NCBI GenBank assembly: GCA_947467145.1
Contig: CANIGJ010000003.1
Location: forward strand, 8,128 to 72,127
DNA: 64,000 bases
Origin: Rhodospirillaceae bacterium
GTDB taxonomy: Bacteria; Pseudomonadota; Alphaproteobacteria; Rhodospirillales; UBA2165
Reading direction: 5' to 3'
Positions 37,378 to 45,945 of this stretch are shown here, piece after piece (the stretch's first letter is position 1; each line of letters begins with the position of its first letter). Below the pieces are notes generated by a model, which saw only the letters and a list, made by a program, of their open reading frames with translations, did not search any database and was not told where the DNA came from. The position numbers and the translations under genes are program-made.

Positions 37378-38161
37378 GAGCGTCGAACAAACCGCCGAAC
37401 CGAAGGCCGCGCCCCATGCGCCGCGCGCGCGGATATTATCACGCGATAACGCCCCGTCCATCGCTTACCACGCTCGCGCGGGCAAGGGCCCCGGCGTGCT
37501 GTTCCTGACCGGTTTCATGTCCGATATGTCGGGATCCAAGGCGCTAGCATTGGACGAATTCTGCGCGGCGCGGGGCCAGGCCTATGTGCGGTTCGACTAT
37601 CGCGGCCATGGCCAATCGGACGGTGCGTTCGAAGATGCCGATATCGGCACCTGGTTCGCCGATGTGCTCGATGTCTTCGACAATCTGACGACGGGGCCGC
37701 AGATCGTTGTCGGCTCGTCGATGGGCGGCTGGATGATGCTGTTGCTGGCGCGCGCGCGGCCCGACCGGGTGAAGGCGCTGGTGGGCATCGCCGCCGCGCC
37801 CGATTTCACCGAACGGCTGGAAGCGCAGATGACGCCGGAACATCGCGCCGAGATCGATGCCACCGGCAAGGTCGTTGTCGCCAGTGCCTATGGCAGCGAT
37901 TACATCTTCACCCGCGCGTTGATTTCGTCCGGGCGCTTCCATCGCCTACTGGAGGACGGCATCGCCTTCGATGGGCCGGTGCGTCTGCTGCAAGGCACGG
38001 CCGATCACGCGGTGCCCTGGGAAACGGCCTTGCGCATTCAATCGGTTCTGACGTCCAAGGATGTCGAGGTGACCTTGATCAAGGACGGCGATCATCGATT
38101 GAGCGAGCCGGCCGACCTCGTGCGTCTGACCGATACGCTCGCTAGCCTGTTGGATCACTGA
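37376..38161 (+). CDS. alpha/beta-fold hydrolase
   Basis: 261 aa from ATG 37376. HGQSDG, nucleophile elbow VGSSMGG, C-terminal DGDHRL. GTG 37367 is an alternative start. Confidence 0.7.
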   Translation: MSVEQTAEPKAAPHAPRARILSRDNAPSIAYHARAGKGPGVLFLTGFMSDMSGSKALALDEFCAARGQAYVRFDYRGHGQSDGAFEDADIGTWFADVLDVFDNLTTGPQIVVGSSMGGWMMLLLARARPDRVKALVGIAAAPDFTERLEAQMTPEHRAEIDATGKVVVASAYGSDYIFTRALISSGRFHRLLEDGIAFDGPVRLLQGTADHAVPWETALRIQSVLTSKDVEVTLIKDGDHRLSEPADLVRLTDTLASLLDH

Positions 38162-39008
38162 GCAGCGCGGCGAGGCCGTCGCGATAGGTCGGATATTTCA
38201 ACACAAGGCCCAGCTCGGTCTTTGCTTTGGTATTGTCGACGCGGCGATTATCGTCCCAGAACGAGCGCTGCATGGGCGACATGCCGGGCTCGGCGTCTTC
38301 GAATGGAATCGCGTGCGGCGGGGCGACGCCCAACAATTCGCAGGCGTAGGTGACGACGTCGATCTGTTCGGCCGGCGCGTCGTCGCACAGATTGTAGATC
38401 GCACCCGGCTGCGGCGCGTTCATGGATAACGCCAGGGCGGTGGCGATGTCGTCGACATGAATGCGCGAAAAGGCGTGCCCCGGTTTGACGATGCGTCGCG
38501 CCGTGCCGGCACGCACCTGATCGAGCGTGTTGCGCCCCGGCCCATAGATGCCGGCCAGACGGAAAATGTGCAGGGGCAGCGCCTGCGTCGCCGCCAGATC
38601 CTGCCAATCGAATTCGGCCTTGATGCGCCGACGCGACCGATCGGCGGTCGGCACCAGCGCGGCCGTTTCGTCGACGGGCCGCCCGCCCGTATCGCCATAA
38701 ACGCCGGTGGTCGACAGATACCCCAGCCATTTGAGCTGCGTGAGCCCGGCGAACGCATCGGCATGGCGGTGCAGGGTCGGATCGCCGTGGCGGTCGGGCG
38801 GCACGGAAATCAGGATGTGGGTGGCTGCGGCGATCGCGAGACCGGCATCGGCAAACGGCAGCAAATCGACCGGACGGCTGGACAATCGCGGCTGCTTATC
38901 GTGCACGGTCGCACTGATGCGCCACCGGGCGGGGTCCAGTGCGGCGGCGAGTGCCTGCGCGGTGTAGCCAAACCCCACGCATAAAAGGTGTGCCTTATTT
39001 TCGGACAT
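38142..39008 (-). CDS. NAD(P)-dependent epimerase/dehydratase-like SDR family protein
   Basis: Trimmed to ATG 39008 (MSENKAHLLCVGFGYTAQALAAAL). Rossmann GxGxxA motif, YLSTTGVYGD. The 3-prime end converges on and overlaps the hydrolase gene by 20 nt. Confidence 0.6.
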   Translation of the reverse strand: MSENKAHLLCVGFGYTAQALAAALDPARWRISATVHDKQPRLSSRPVDLLPFADAGLAIAAATHILISVPPDRHGDPTLHRHADAFAGLTQLKWLGYLSTTGVYGDTGGRPVDETAALVPTADRSRRRIKAEFDWQDLAATQALPLHIFRLAGIYGPGRNTLDQVRAGTARRIVKPGHAFSRIHVDDIATALALSMNAPQPGAIYNLCDDAPAEQIDVVTYACELLGVAPPHAIPFEDAEPGMSPMQRSFWDDNRRVDNTKAKTELGLVLKYPTYRDGLAALLSDPTG

Positions 39009-39049
39009 GAACCTTGCTACGACTGCGCCGGTAGCGGAGTCTAGCATCT

Positions 39050-39829
39050 ATGATCGTACGCATATGTTTCAGCCTGCTTGTTCTGGTCTCGCTCGGTTCG
39101 GCCGTCTCTGCCCAACAGATCGATCCGCGCCGTGAATATGCCGTGTGCATGGCTGACGCGCGCTCGAACCCCAAGGAGGGTTTCGATCACGCCACCCAAT
39201 GGTTGGGGCTCGGCGGCGGCGATGCCGCGCGCCATTGCCAGGGGGCGGCCTTGATCGGCATGGGCCAACACGAGGAAGGGGCGCGTCGGCTCGAGGGTTT
39301 GGCCCAGGAGATGCGCGCCGATTCGGGCTTTCGCGCCGAATTGCTGGCGCAGGCCGCGCAGGGCTGGATGCTTGCCGGCAAGCCGGACAAAGCTGAGGCA
39401 ACCTTAAATGCGGCGATCAAGCTCGATCCCGAGGATCTCGAACTGCATATCGACCGCGCCGGGGCCCTGGCGCAGCGCGGCGATTTCGAAGGCGCGGTGC
39501 AGGATCTCAATTTCGTGTTATCGCGCGATCCGATGAAATCGGATGCCTATGTCTTCCGCGCGAGTGCCTATCGCCAGCTCGGCAAGACCGCTCAGGCCTC
39601 GGCCGATCTGGTCACGGCGCTGCAGATCAATCCGACGCATCTCGAGGCGTTTCTCGAGCGCGGCATGCTGAACCGCCTGGCCGGCAATACGGCCGCGGCG
39701 CGCCGCGACTGGCTGACCGTGATTGAGAAGGCGCCGAAATCCCCGGCGGCGGCGGCGGCGAGCCAGAATCTGGAACAGATGGACGGCAACGCCACCGGCC
39801 AACCCAAGGGCAAAGCCAAAAGTAAATAA
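39050..39829 (+). CDS. secreted tetratricopeptide-repeat protein
   Basis: 259 aa with a signal peptide ending AVSAQQ. Repeated TPR-like A/L/Y patterns (AEATLNAAIKLDPEDLELHIDRAGALAQRGDFEGAVQDLNFVLSRDP). Confidence 0.7.
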   Translation: MIVRICFSLLVLVSLGSAVSAQQIDPRREYAVCMADARSNPKEGFDHATQWLGLGGGDAARHCQGAALIGMGQHEEGARRLEGLAQEMRADSGFRAELLAQAAQGWMLAGKPDKAEATLNAAIKLDPEDLELHIDRAGALAQRGDFEGAVQDLNFVLSRDPMKSDAYVFRASAYRQLGKTAQASADLVTALQINPTHLEAFLERGMLNRLAGNTAAARRDWLTVIEKAPKSPAAAAASQNLEQMDGNATGQPKGKAKSK

Positions 39830-40003
39830 GCCGGGCTTATTCCCGAAGCGCATACAAGTACATCTCGCGCGTGTTTTTCGAGCGGCGTGTTCCATATTTT
39901 GCGTCCCGCGCCCCGATGGCGGATGTTTTATCCGACAGGCGCTCGACTTGCGGGCGCAACTCGAAAAGCTCAAGGGCTGATCTTAGCGCTGAGGGGCTGA
40001 TTC

Positions 40004-40019
40004 TTAACGCCGCGTTAAC
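40004..40019. promoter_or_regulatory. perfect CtrA-box (TTAA-N7-TTAAC) upstream of ftsK
   Basis: TTAA (40004-40007), CGCCGCG, TTAAC (40015-40019), 24 nt before the ftsK ATG. A GANTC site (GATTC 39999-40003) abuts it. Confidence 0.5.
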
Positions 40020-40042
40020 CTTCGCCTTCCATAGTCCGCTGC

Positions 40043-42547
40043 ATGGCATATTCCACAGCTAAGGCGCGCCCGGCTTTCCTGCCGGCGGGCGCCATAGACG
40101 GCTTCAAGCGCCGTTGTATCGAGGCAGTGGGCGCCGCCGTGGTTGCCGGCGCCGCCGTCCTGTTCGCGGCCGTTGCGACCTACGCGCCGTCCGATCCGTC
40201 CTATAATGTCGCCACCGAGCTGCATGCCCGTAATCTGATCGGCATCTGGGGCGCACACGCGGCCGATGTGCTGATCCAATTGTTCGGTCTGGCCGCCATC
40301 CTGCCGTCGTTACTACTGGGTGCGTGGGGCGTTCAGATGCTGCGCGCCAAGGCGCCGACCATGTTGTGGTTCCGCAGCCTGATCTTCATCGCCAGTTGGT
40401 TTGCCGCGTCGGTCTGGCTCAATGCTTTGCCGCTGCCCGAGGGTTGGCCGTTGCGCGCCGGCCTGGGCGGGGTCTCCGGCATGCTGATCGTCAGCTGGCT
40501 CGATACATTGATCTTCAGCTTCTTCCATTTCGATGCCTCGGTCGTGCTGGCGGCGGCCAGTGCCGCGCTGTGGCTGGCGACCTTTGCCTTCGCGCTCGGT
40601 CTCGATCGCAGCGATTGGCAGGCGGTGGCGGGTGCGGCGGCGAGTACGGCGCGCATATCGGCGCGCACCATTGGGCTGCTGCGTTATGTCGTGCGCCTGC
40701 GCCGCATCGGCACGAGCGTGAGCGAAAAATCCGGCGCGCTGCTGGAACGCGCGCATAGTCTGAAACCCCATCTCGAACGCAAACCCGTGCGCGAGCGGTT
40801 GGAGCCGTCGTTGCATGGCGACGGTCCAGAAATTGGTGATGGGCCCGAGTATGACGATCGCGTTCCTGAACGCGCGCGCGCGCCGGAGATCGAGATCGCC
40901 GAGGTCGACGACGATGAGCCGGACGAGGTGGCCGAGGCCATCATCGAACGCGCGCCTAAGACCATCGTCGAGAAAAAGGAAGAGAAGGCGCCGGAAGGAT
41001 CGCGCGCCCAGACTGCCCGTCAGGGCCGCCTTGCGCTCGGCCGTGAAAAGCCGGGCGACTTCCAATTGCCGCCGCTCGACCTGGTCGAAGCGCCGCCGCC
41101 CGGCCATGGCGAAACCAGCACGGATAAGGGTTCGCTCGAAGCCAATGCGCGGCTGTTGGAATCGGTGCTCGAAGAATTCGGCGTGAAGGGCCAGATCGTC
41201 AAGGTCCGCCCCGGTCCTGTGGTTACGCTTTACGAGCTCGAACCGGCACCCGGCATCAAGACGGCGCGCGTCGTGAGCCTGGCTGACGATATTGCGCGCT
41301 CCATGAGCGTGCGCAGCGTGCGTATCGCGGTGGTGTCGGGGCGCAACGTCATCGGCATCGAAATGCCGAACGCCAAGCGCGATACGGTCTATTTCCACGA
41401 ATTGCTGGCGGCCCGCGCGTTCGAACAATCGGGTGCGGCACTGGCTATCGCGCTCGGCAAGGATATCGGCGGCACGCCTGTCGTGGTCGATTTGTCCAAG
41501 ATGCCGCATCTGCTCATCGCCGGCACCACCGGGTCCGGCAAGTCGGTCGCGATCAATACGATGATCCTGTCGCTGCTCTATCAGCGCACGCCCGACGAAT
41601 GCAAATTCATCATGATCGATCCGAAGATGCTGGAACTCAGCGTCTATGACGGCATACCGAGCCTGCTGTCGCCGGTCGTCACCGATCCGAAGAAGGCCGT
41701 TGTCGCCCTCAAATGGGCGGTGCGCGAAATGGAAGACCGCTATCGCCTGATGTCGCAGTTGGGTGTGCGTAACCTTGCGGGTTACAACGCGCGCCTGCTC
41801 GAAGTGAAAAAGAAGGGCGAGGTACTGTCGCGCAAGATTCAGACGGGCTTCGACGAGAACGGCAAGCCGATCTACGAGGATCAGGCGTTGGGTACCGATC
41901 CGCTGCCGCTGATCGTCATCGTCGTCGATGAAATGGCCGATCTGATGATGGTGGCGGGCAAGGATATCGAAGCCTCCGTGCAGCGTCTGGCGCAGATGGC
42001 GCGCGCGGCGGGTATTCACCTCATCATGGCGACGCAGCGTCCGTCGGTCGACGTCATCACCGGCACGATCAAGGCGAACTTCCCGACGCGCATCTCGTTC
42101 CAGGTGACGTCGAAGATCGACAGCCGCACCATCCTGGGCGAGCAGGGCGCTGAACAACTGCTTGGCCAGGGCGACATGCTCTACATGGCCGGCGGCGGAC
42201 AGATCACGCGCGTGCACGGCCCATTCGTCAGCGATGGCGAGGTCGAAAAGATCGTGAATTTCCTGAAGGTCCAGGGCGAGCCGACCTACGTCGACGCCGT
42301 CACCGAGGATGTCGAAGGCGGCTTCGATGTGCCGGGCGCCGAGGGCGGCTCGTCGGGCGACGATCTCTACGATCAGGCGGTGGCGCTGGTGGCGCGCGAA
42401 GGCAAAGCGTCAACCAGCTTCATCCAGCGTCATTTGCAGATCGGCTATAACCGCGCGGCGCGCATCATCGAACAGATGGAAGAACAGGGCGTAGTCAGCA
42501 AAGCCGATCGCGTCGGCCGCCGCGAGGTTCTCGTCGGCGATCACTAA
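40043..42547 (+). CDS. ftsK: DNA translocase FtsK
   Basis: 834 aa. N-terminal TM helices, an acidic/Pro linker, Walker A GTTGSGKSV, Walker B IVVDEMADLM, and a C-terminal gamma domain SFIQRHLQIGYNRAARIIEQME. Confidence 0.95.
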   Translation: MAYSTAKARPAFLPAGAIDGFKRRCIEAVGAAVVAGAAVLFAAVATYAPSDPSYNVATELHARNLIGIWGAHAADVLIQLFGLAAILPSLLLGAWGVQMLRAKAPTMLWFRSLIFIASWFAASVWLNALPLPEGWPLRAGLGGVSGMLIVSWLDTLIFSFFHFDASVVLAAASAALWLATFAFALGLDRSDWQAVAGAAASTARISARTIGLLRYVVRLRRIGTSVSEKSGALLERAHSLKPHLERKPVRERLEPSLHGDGPEIGDGPEYDDRVPERARAPEIEIAEVDDDEPDEVAEAIIERAPKTIVEKKEEKAPEGSRAQTARQGRLALGREKPGDFQLPPLDLVEAPPPGHGETSTDKGSLEANARLLESVLEEFGVKGQIVKVRPGPVVTLYELEPAPGIKTARVVSLADDIARSMSVRSVRIAVVSGRNVIGIEMPNAKRDTVYFHELLAARAFEQSGAALAIALGKDIGGTPVVVDLSKMPHLLIAGTTGSGKSVAINTMILSLLYQRTPDECKFIMIDPKMLELSVYDGIPSLLSPVVTDPKKAVVALKWAVREMEDRYRLMSQLGVRNLAGYNARLLEVKKKGEVLSRKIQTGFDENGKPIYEDQALGTDPLPLIVIVVDEMADLMMVAGKDIEASVQRLAQMARAAGIHLIMATQRPSVDVITGTIKANFPTRISFQVTSKIDSRTILGEQGAEQLLGQGDMLYMAGGGQITRVHGPFVSDGEVEKIVNFLKVQGEPTYVDAVTEDVEGGFDVPGAEGGSSGDDLYDQAVALVAREGKASTSFIQRHLQIGYNRAARIIEQMEEQGVVSKADRVGRREVLVGDH

Positions 42548-42584
42548 CGGCTGTTAGCGATCTGCCGTCTCCAATAACCGCTCC

Positions 42585-42818
42585 TTAGTGAACGCTAACC
42601 GGCGTCATGTCGTGCTGGATCGTTGCGGCAGCGGCCGTATCGCGGTCCGGCGCCACGCCGATCGCTACACCATTGGCCGAGAAAATACCGTAAGCGGGTT
42701 TTCCCTCGTCGATGACGGGTTTCAAGAAGGCGAGTTCATTTAGACCCAATGCCGCGAAATTCTTCGGGGTCATTGAAATATCGGCGTCGTCTATTTCACT
42801 TCTTTTCGGATTCCACAT
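42585..42818 (-). CDS. DUF1150-family protein (hsp20 companion)
   Basis: 77-aa ORF with LGLNELAFLKPV...YGIFSANGVAIGVAPDRD. ATG 42773 (MTPKNF...) would avoid the 23-nt overlap with hsp20. Confidence 0.55.
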   Translation of the reverse strand: MWNPKRSEIDDADISMTPKNFAALGLNELAFLKPVIDEGKPAYGIFSANGVAIGVAPDRDTAAAATIQHDMTPVSVH

Positions 42819-43263
42819 CTATTGTTCGGCTGGCCGGTTTCCCGGTCGCGCCGCCCTTCTGGATTTTAATGGATTTCACTTGGGGCTCGGGCATCGGGCG
42901 ATACAGCTCGATATGCAAAAGCCCATCTTCGAGACGTGCCGCCGTGACTTCGATCCCCTCGGCCAACACGAAACTCCGTTGGAACTGGCGCGCCGCAATG
43001 CCGCGGTGAAGAAAGACGCGGGTTCCCTCGTCGGCCGATTGTCGGCCACGGATGACGAGTTGGTTGTCCTCGATGTTGCAATCGAGGTCGTCCATGGAAA
43101 AGCCGGCGACCGCCAAGGTGATACGCAGGCGTTCGTCGCTGAGTTGTTCGATATTGTAAGGGGGATAGCCGTCCGCCGACGCCTTGGCGACCCGGTCGAG
43201 CACCCGTTCAAAATGATCGAACCCCAACAGCAAGGGGCTATTGAACACGGGCATACGAGACAT
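42796..43263 (-). CDS. Hsp20/alpha-crystallin small heat-shock protein (IbpA-like)
   Basis: 155 aa with YPPYNIEQLSDERLRITLAVAGFSMDDLD and GLLHIELYR. Confidence 0.9.
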   Translation of the reverse strand: MSRMPVFNSPLLLGFDHFERVLDRVAKASADGYPPYNIEQLSDERLRITLAVAGFSMDDLDCNIEDNQLVIRGRQSADEGTRVFLHRGIAARQFQRSFVLAEGIEVTAARLEDGLLHIELYRPMPEPQVKSIKIQKGGATGKPASRTIDVESEKK

Positions 43264-43345
43264 TTTGGCCGTCCTCCTCCATGCGAAGCGAGCGTGGCGT
43301 TCGGGCCCTAACTAGGCACCCTAGCCGTACAGTTGTGAGGTTGGC
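43264..43345 (-). promoter_or_regulatory. ROSE-like RNA thermometer in the hsp20 5-prime UTR
   Basis: Minus strand: ...GCUCGCUUC-GCAU-GGAGGAGGACGGCCAAAAUG. The UCGCU segment (UYGCU motif) pairs with the SD GGAGGAG, leaving a single bulged G. A CUAGG-GUG-CCUAG hairpin lies upstream. Confidence 0.4.
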
Positions 43346-43451
43346 ACGGTTCGTCAAGGTTGGCCAATGGGGAAAACCAGTGTTTTCCAGGGCTCTGACC
43401 GCACCCACGCGCATGGCTCGGGCGGAACAAGCATCCGTCGGGCCGGGCGAA

Positions 43452-44228
43452 TTAGCTAAACAGCTGGAGGATCGAGCGGCCGGATTTGGCGGACAGGGCC
43501 AGGGCCTCGGTCGCCAATTGGTTGCGGGTCGATGCGGTGATCGCCTGCGCGGCAACTTCGTTCAGATCGACGTTGACGAGTTTGGCCGCGCCTTCCTGCA
43601 AGCCGTTCACCAATTTGTCGGTGAAATTCTCGCGGATTTGCACGGTGGCCGCATCCGAACCGATGGATTGTTCGGCGGCGCGGATCTGTGCCTTGGCGGT
43701 ATCGATCGATTTCACGTTGGTGATGTCGAGATTGAGCGAGGCGCTGTCGCTCGCCTGGCCCTTGATCGTGATCGAGGAGTCCTTGGACACGGGAATGACC
43801 AGATCGTCCGGCTGATCGGAGATCAACTGCGTGCCGCCGAAGGAGGAATCGCGGGCGAAATTATCGACTTGCTTCGACAGCGCGTCGAATTGGGCCTGCA
43901 GTTTGGCCTGGGTCGCGGCATCTGAAGTATTTTCGTGCTGCAGGGCCAGGGATTTCAGCTGATCGAGCGTTTTATCGATCGAGCGCAGCCCGCTTTGCGC
44001 GACCAGCGATTTGGACGCGCCCTGCCGGATGGAATCCTTGATTGCCAGATAGTCGGAGGCCTGATCCGACAATTGCTTCGCGACATAGTCGGCGATGCGC
44101 TGGGTTTTCTGGTCGTCGTTCTTGCGAAAGGTCGCCAGCTCTTCCGACTTCTTGTCATAGCTCCGCTGGATCGCCCGAATGGAATCGAGCTGATTGCTGA
44201 TCGGAGCTGTGAGTTGGACGTCGGCCAT
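43452..44228 (-). CDS. flagellin-family protein, short and N-terminally divergent, outside any flagellar cluster
   Basis: The C-terminus NLVNVDLNEVAAQAITASTRNQLATEALALSAKSGRSILQLFS matches the flagellin C-terminal helix. The central block SLVAQSGLRSIDKTLDQLKSLALQHEN...LQAQFDALSKQVDNFARDSSFGGTQLIS matches the flagellin N domain. Start ATG 44228 (the track uses TTG 44246). Confidence 0.6.
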   Translation of the reverse strand: MADVQLTAPISNQLDSIRAIQRSYDKKSEELATFRKNDDQKTQRIADYVAKQLSDQASDYLAIKDSIRQGASKSLVAQSGLRSIDKTLDQLKSLALQHENTSDAATQAKLQAQFDALSKQVDNFARDSSFGGTQLISDQPDDLVIPVSKDSSITIKGQASDSASLNLDITNVKSIDTAKAQIRAAEQSIGSDAATVQIRENFTDKLVNGLQEGAAKLVNVDLNEVAAQAITASTRNQLATEALALSAKSGRSILQLFS

Positions 44229-44263
44229 TCCCCTATTTTGCGACAAACGGCCAAATCGCGCCA

Positions 44264-44298
44264 GTGACCCGAGTCACAAGATGTGATCTTAGATCACA
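44264..44298. promoter_or_regulatory. two palindromes immediately upstream of the flagellin-like gene
   Basis: GTGAC-CCGA-GTCAC (44264-44277). TGTGATCT-T-AGATCACA (44282-44298, perfect 8-bp arms) overlaps the stop codon of the upstream kinase gene. Confidence 0.4.
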
Positions 44299-45793
44299 AA
44301 ATCCTTTCTGCTTGAGCCCGGACGCTGTCCAAATCTCCGCCGGCGTCCAGGATTTGCCAGTCCAGCGGGCCTAAATCATAGGAATCCTGCGCTTTTGCGA
44401 CCTCGGCGGTGGCGTCCGAGGCGTCGTGTTGGCGCCCGCCAATGCGGTCTTGGCGGACCGCCAGGGGCACATCCAGCCACAGCCCGGTGAACGGCACCTT
44501 CAGCTCATGGGCTAGGTTGTGGGCTTGATCGCGCTCGCCCGCCTTGGCGTGGACGGCGTCCAAGATGACCGAATGGCCGGCCGCTAGGGCGCGCTGCGCA
44601 TCGCCCAACAGGCTGGCATAAACCCGATCCGACATGTCCGGCGTATAGGCACCGGTGGGTAGCTTGTCGTAAAGGCCGACGCCGGCGAGCCGTTTGCGGA
44701 TGGCATCGCTGCGCAGCACCACTGCGCCAGGGGCGCGTCCGATAGCGGGTGCGATCTGCTGGGCGAGCGACGACTTGCCGCTGCCCGATAGGCCGCCGAC
44801 GGCAATCAGACGCACCGGCCTCGCCGTCAGGTAATCCAGCGCTAGATCGAGATAGGCTTGGCCCTCTTCGAATTTGCGTTGCGCCGCATCGACATGGGCG
44901 CGCACCGCCGCGCGCATCGACAGGAACAGGGGCAGGCACGCCAGCCCATCGACATCGCCCGTCAGATCGAGCGTGCGGTTGAGCACGGCGTTGGCGAGAC
45001 CGCGAGAACCGCGATGGTCGAGATCCATCAGCAGAAACGCGAGATCGTACAGCACGTCGATCACGGCGAAATCGTCGTTGAATTCGATGCAATCGAACGG
45101 CGTCGGTTTGTCGCCCAGCAGGACGATATTGCGCAAATGCAGATCGCCATGGGCGCGCCGCACGCGGCCGGAATCGCGACGGGTCTCGAGCAGCGCCTCG
45201 GTGCGCGCGAGCGCAGCTTCGGCGAACCCTGCCAGGTCAGCCATCTTGCGGGCATCGAAGGTGCTGTCGCCGAATTTGTGCAGCATCTCGACATTGCCAC
45301 GCGCGATCGCAGCGTTTGCCTCGAAGCCGCCGCGATCTTTCACGATCTCGCACGCTTGGTGGAAGGCGAACAGCGACTCGGCCAGGTTTTCCATATGCGC
45401 ACGCGAGAGCGCGCCCGGTTTCTGCGCGAGTGCGTCGAGCAGCTGATCCTGATCGAAGCGCTGCATGACGACGACCCAATCGATCGCGGCACCGTCACCA
45501 TCCAGCGCCAAGGCGCCGTTCGGCGCCTTTGTGATCGCGGCAACCTTGAGGTAGATCGCGGGCGCAGTGCGGCGGTTGAGCGCTAATTCCTGCTCGCACG
45601 CCCATTTGCGCGTGTTCGGATCGGTGAAATCGACATAGGGCAATTTGACGGCGCGTTTGAGCTTGTAGACGCGCTCGCCGGCCAAAAAGACGCGCGAGAT
45701 ATGCGTCTCGATCACCTCGACCTCGGTATCGATGCCATAGGCATCGGCCCGGCCGAGGAATTTAATCGTTTCGCGTTGGGTTTCCTCGCTCAT
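44294..45793 (-). CDS. bifunctional aminoglycoside-phosphotransferase-like kinase / P-loop ATP-binding protein
   Basis: Trimmed to ATG 45793. APH-type catalytic region HGDLHLRNIVL...DCIEFND. C-terminal P-loop GGLSGSGKSSLA. Confidence 0.65.
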   Translation of the reverse strand: MSEETQRETIKFLGRADAYGIDTEVEVIETHISRVFLAGERVYKLKRAVKLPYVDFTDPNTRKWACEQELALNRRTAPAIYLKVAAITKAPNGALALDGDGAAIDWVVVMQRFDQDQLLDALAQKPGALSRAHMENLAESLFAFHQACEIVKDRGGFEANAAIARGNVEMLHKFGDSTFDARKMADLAGFAEAALARTEALLETRRDSGRVRRAHGDLHLRNIVLLGDKPTPFDCIEFNDDFAVIDVLYDLAFLLMDLDHRGSRGLANAVLNRTLDLTGDVDGLACLPLFLSMRAAVRAHVDAAQRKFEEGQAYLDLALDYLTARPVRLIAVGGLSGSGKSSLAQQIAPAIGRAPGAVVLRSDAIRKRLAGVGLYDKLPTGAYTPDMSDRVYASLLGDAQRALAAGHSVILDAVHAKAGERDQAHNLAHELKVPFTGLWLDVPLAVRQDRIGGRQHDASDATAEVAKAQDSYDLGPLDWQILDAGGDLDSVRAQAERIL

Positions 45794-45945
45794 GCGCTCC
45801 GCGCTCGACAACACATCTTGGCAACACATTGATAATATAGGCGCGCAAAATGATAGCGCTTGATCCCGATCAATGCGAAACGGGCGGGAACCCGATCATA
45901 TACTCACGAGTTTGTTATGTAGCTTCGATCTATGGAGTAACAACC

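Noticed and set aside
40313-42217. Very long antisense ORFs: 40313..42217, 634 aa opposite ftsK. Similarly 21041..22696 opposite pheT, 57590..58780 opposite the TRAP genes, and 3203..4201, 5897..6889 and 33861..35036.
   Set aside because: These are typical high-GC shadow ORFs. Their products are Arg/Ala/Gly/Asp-rich low-complexity sequences with no motifs. Each lies fully opposite a gene with unambiguous family signatures.
44282-44298. TGTGATCT-T-AGATCACA read as a CRP/FNR-type site.
   Set aside because: The TGTGA and TCACA pentamers are separated by 7 nt, not the 6 nt of the CRP consensus. It is also not the TTGAT-N4-ATCAA FNR form. It is kept only as an unassigned palindrome in the flagellin-like finding.
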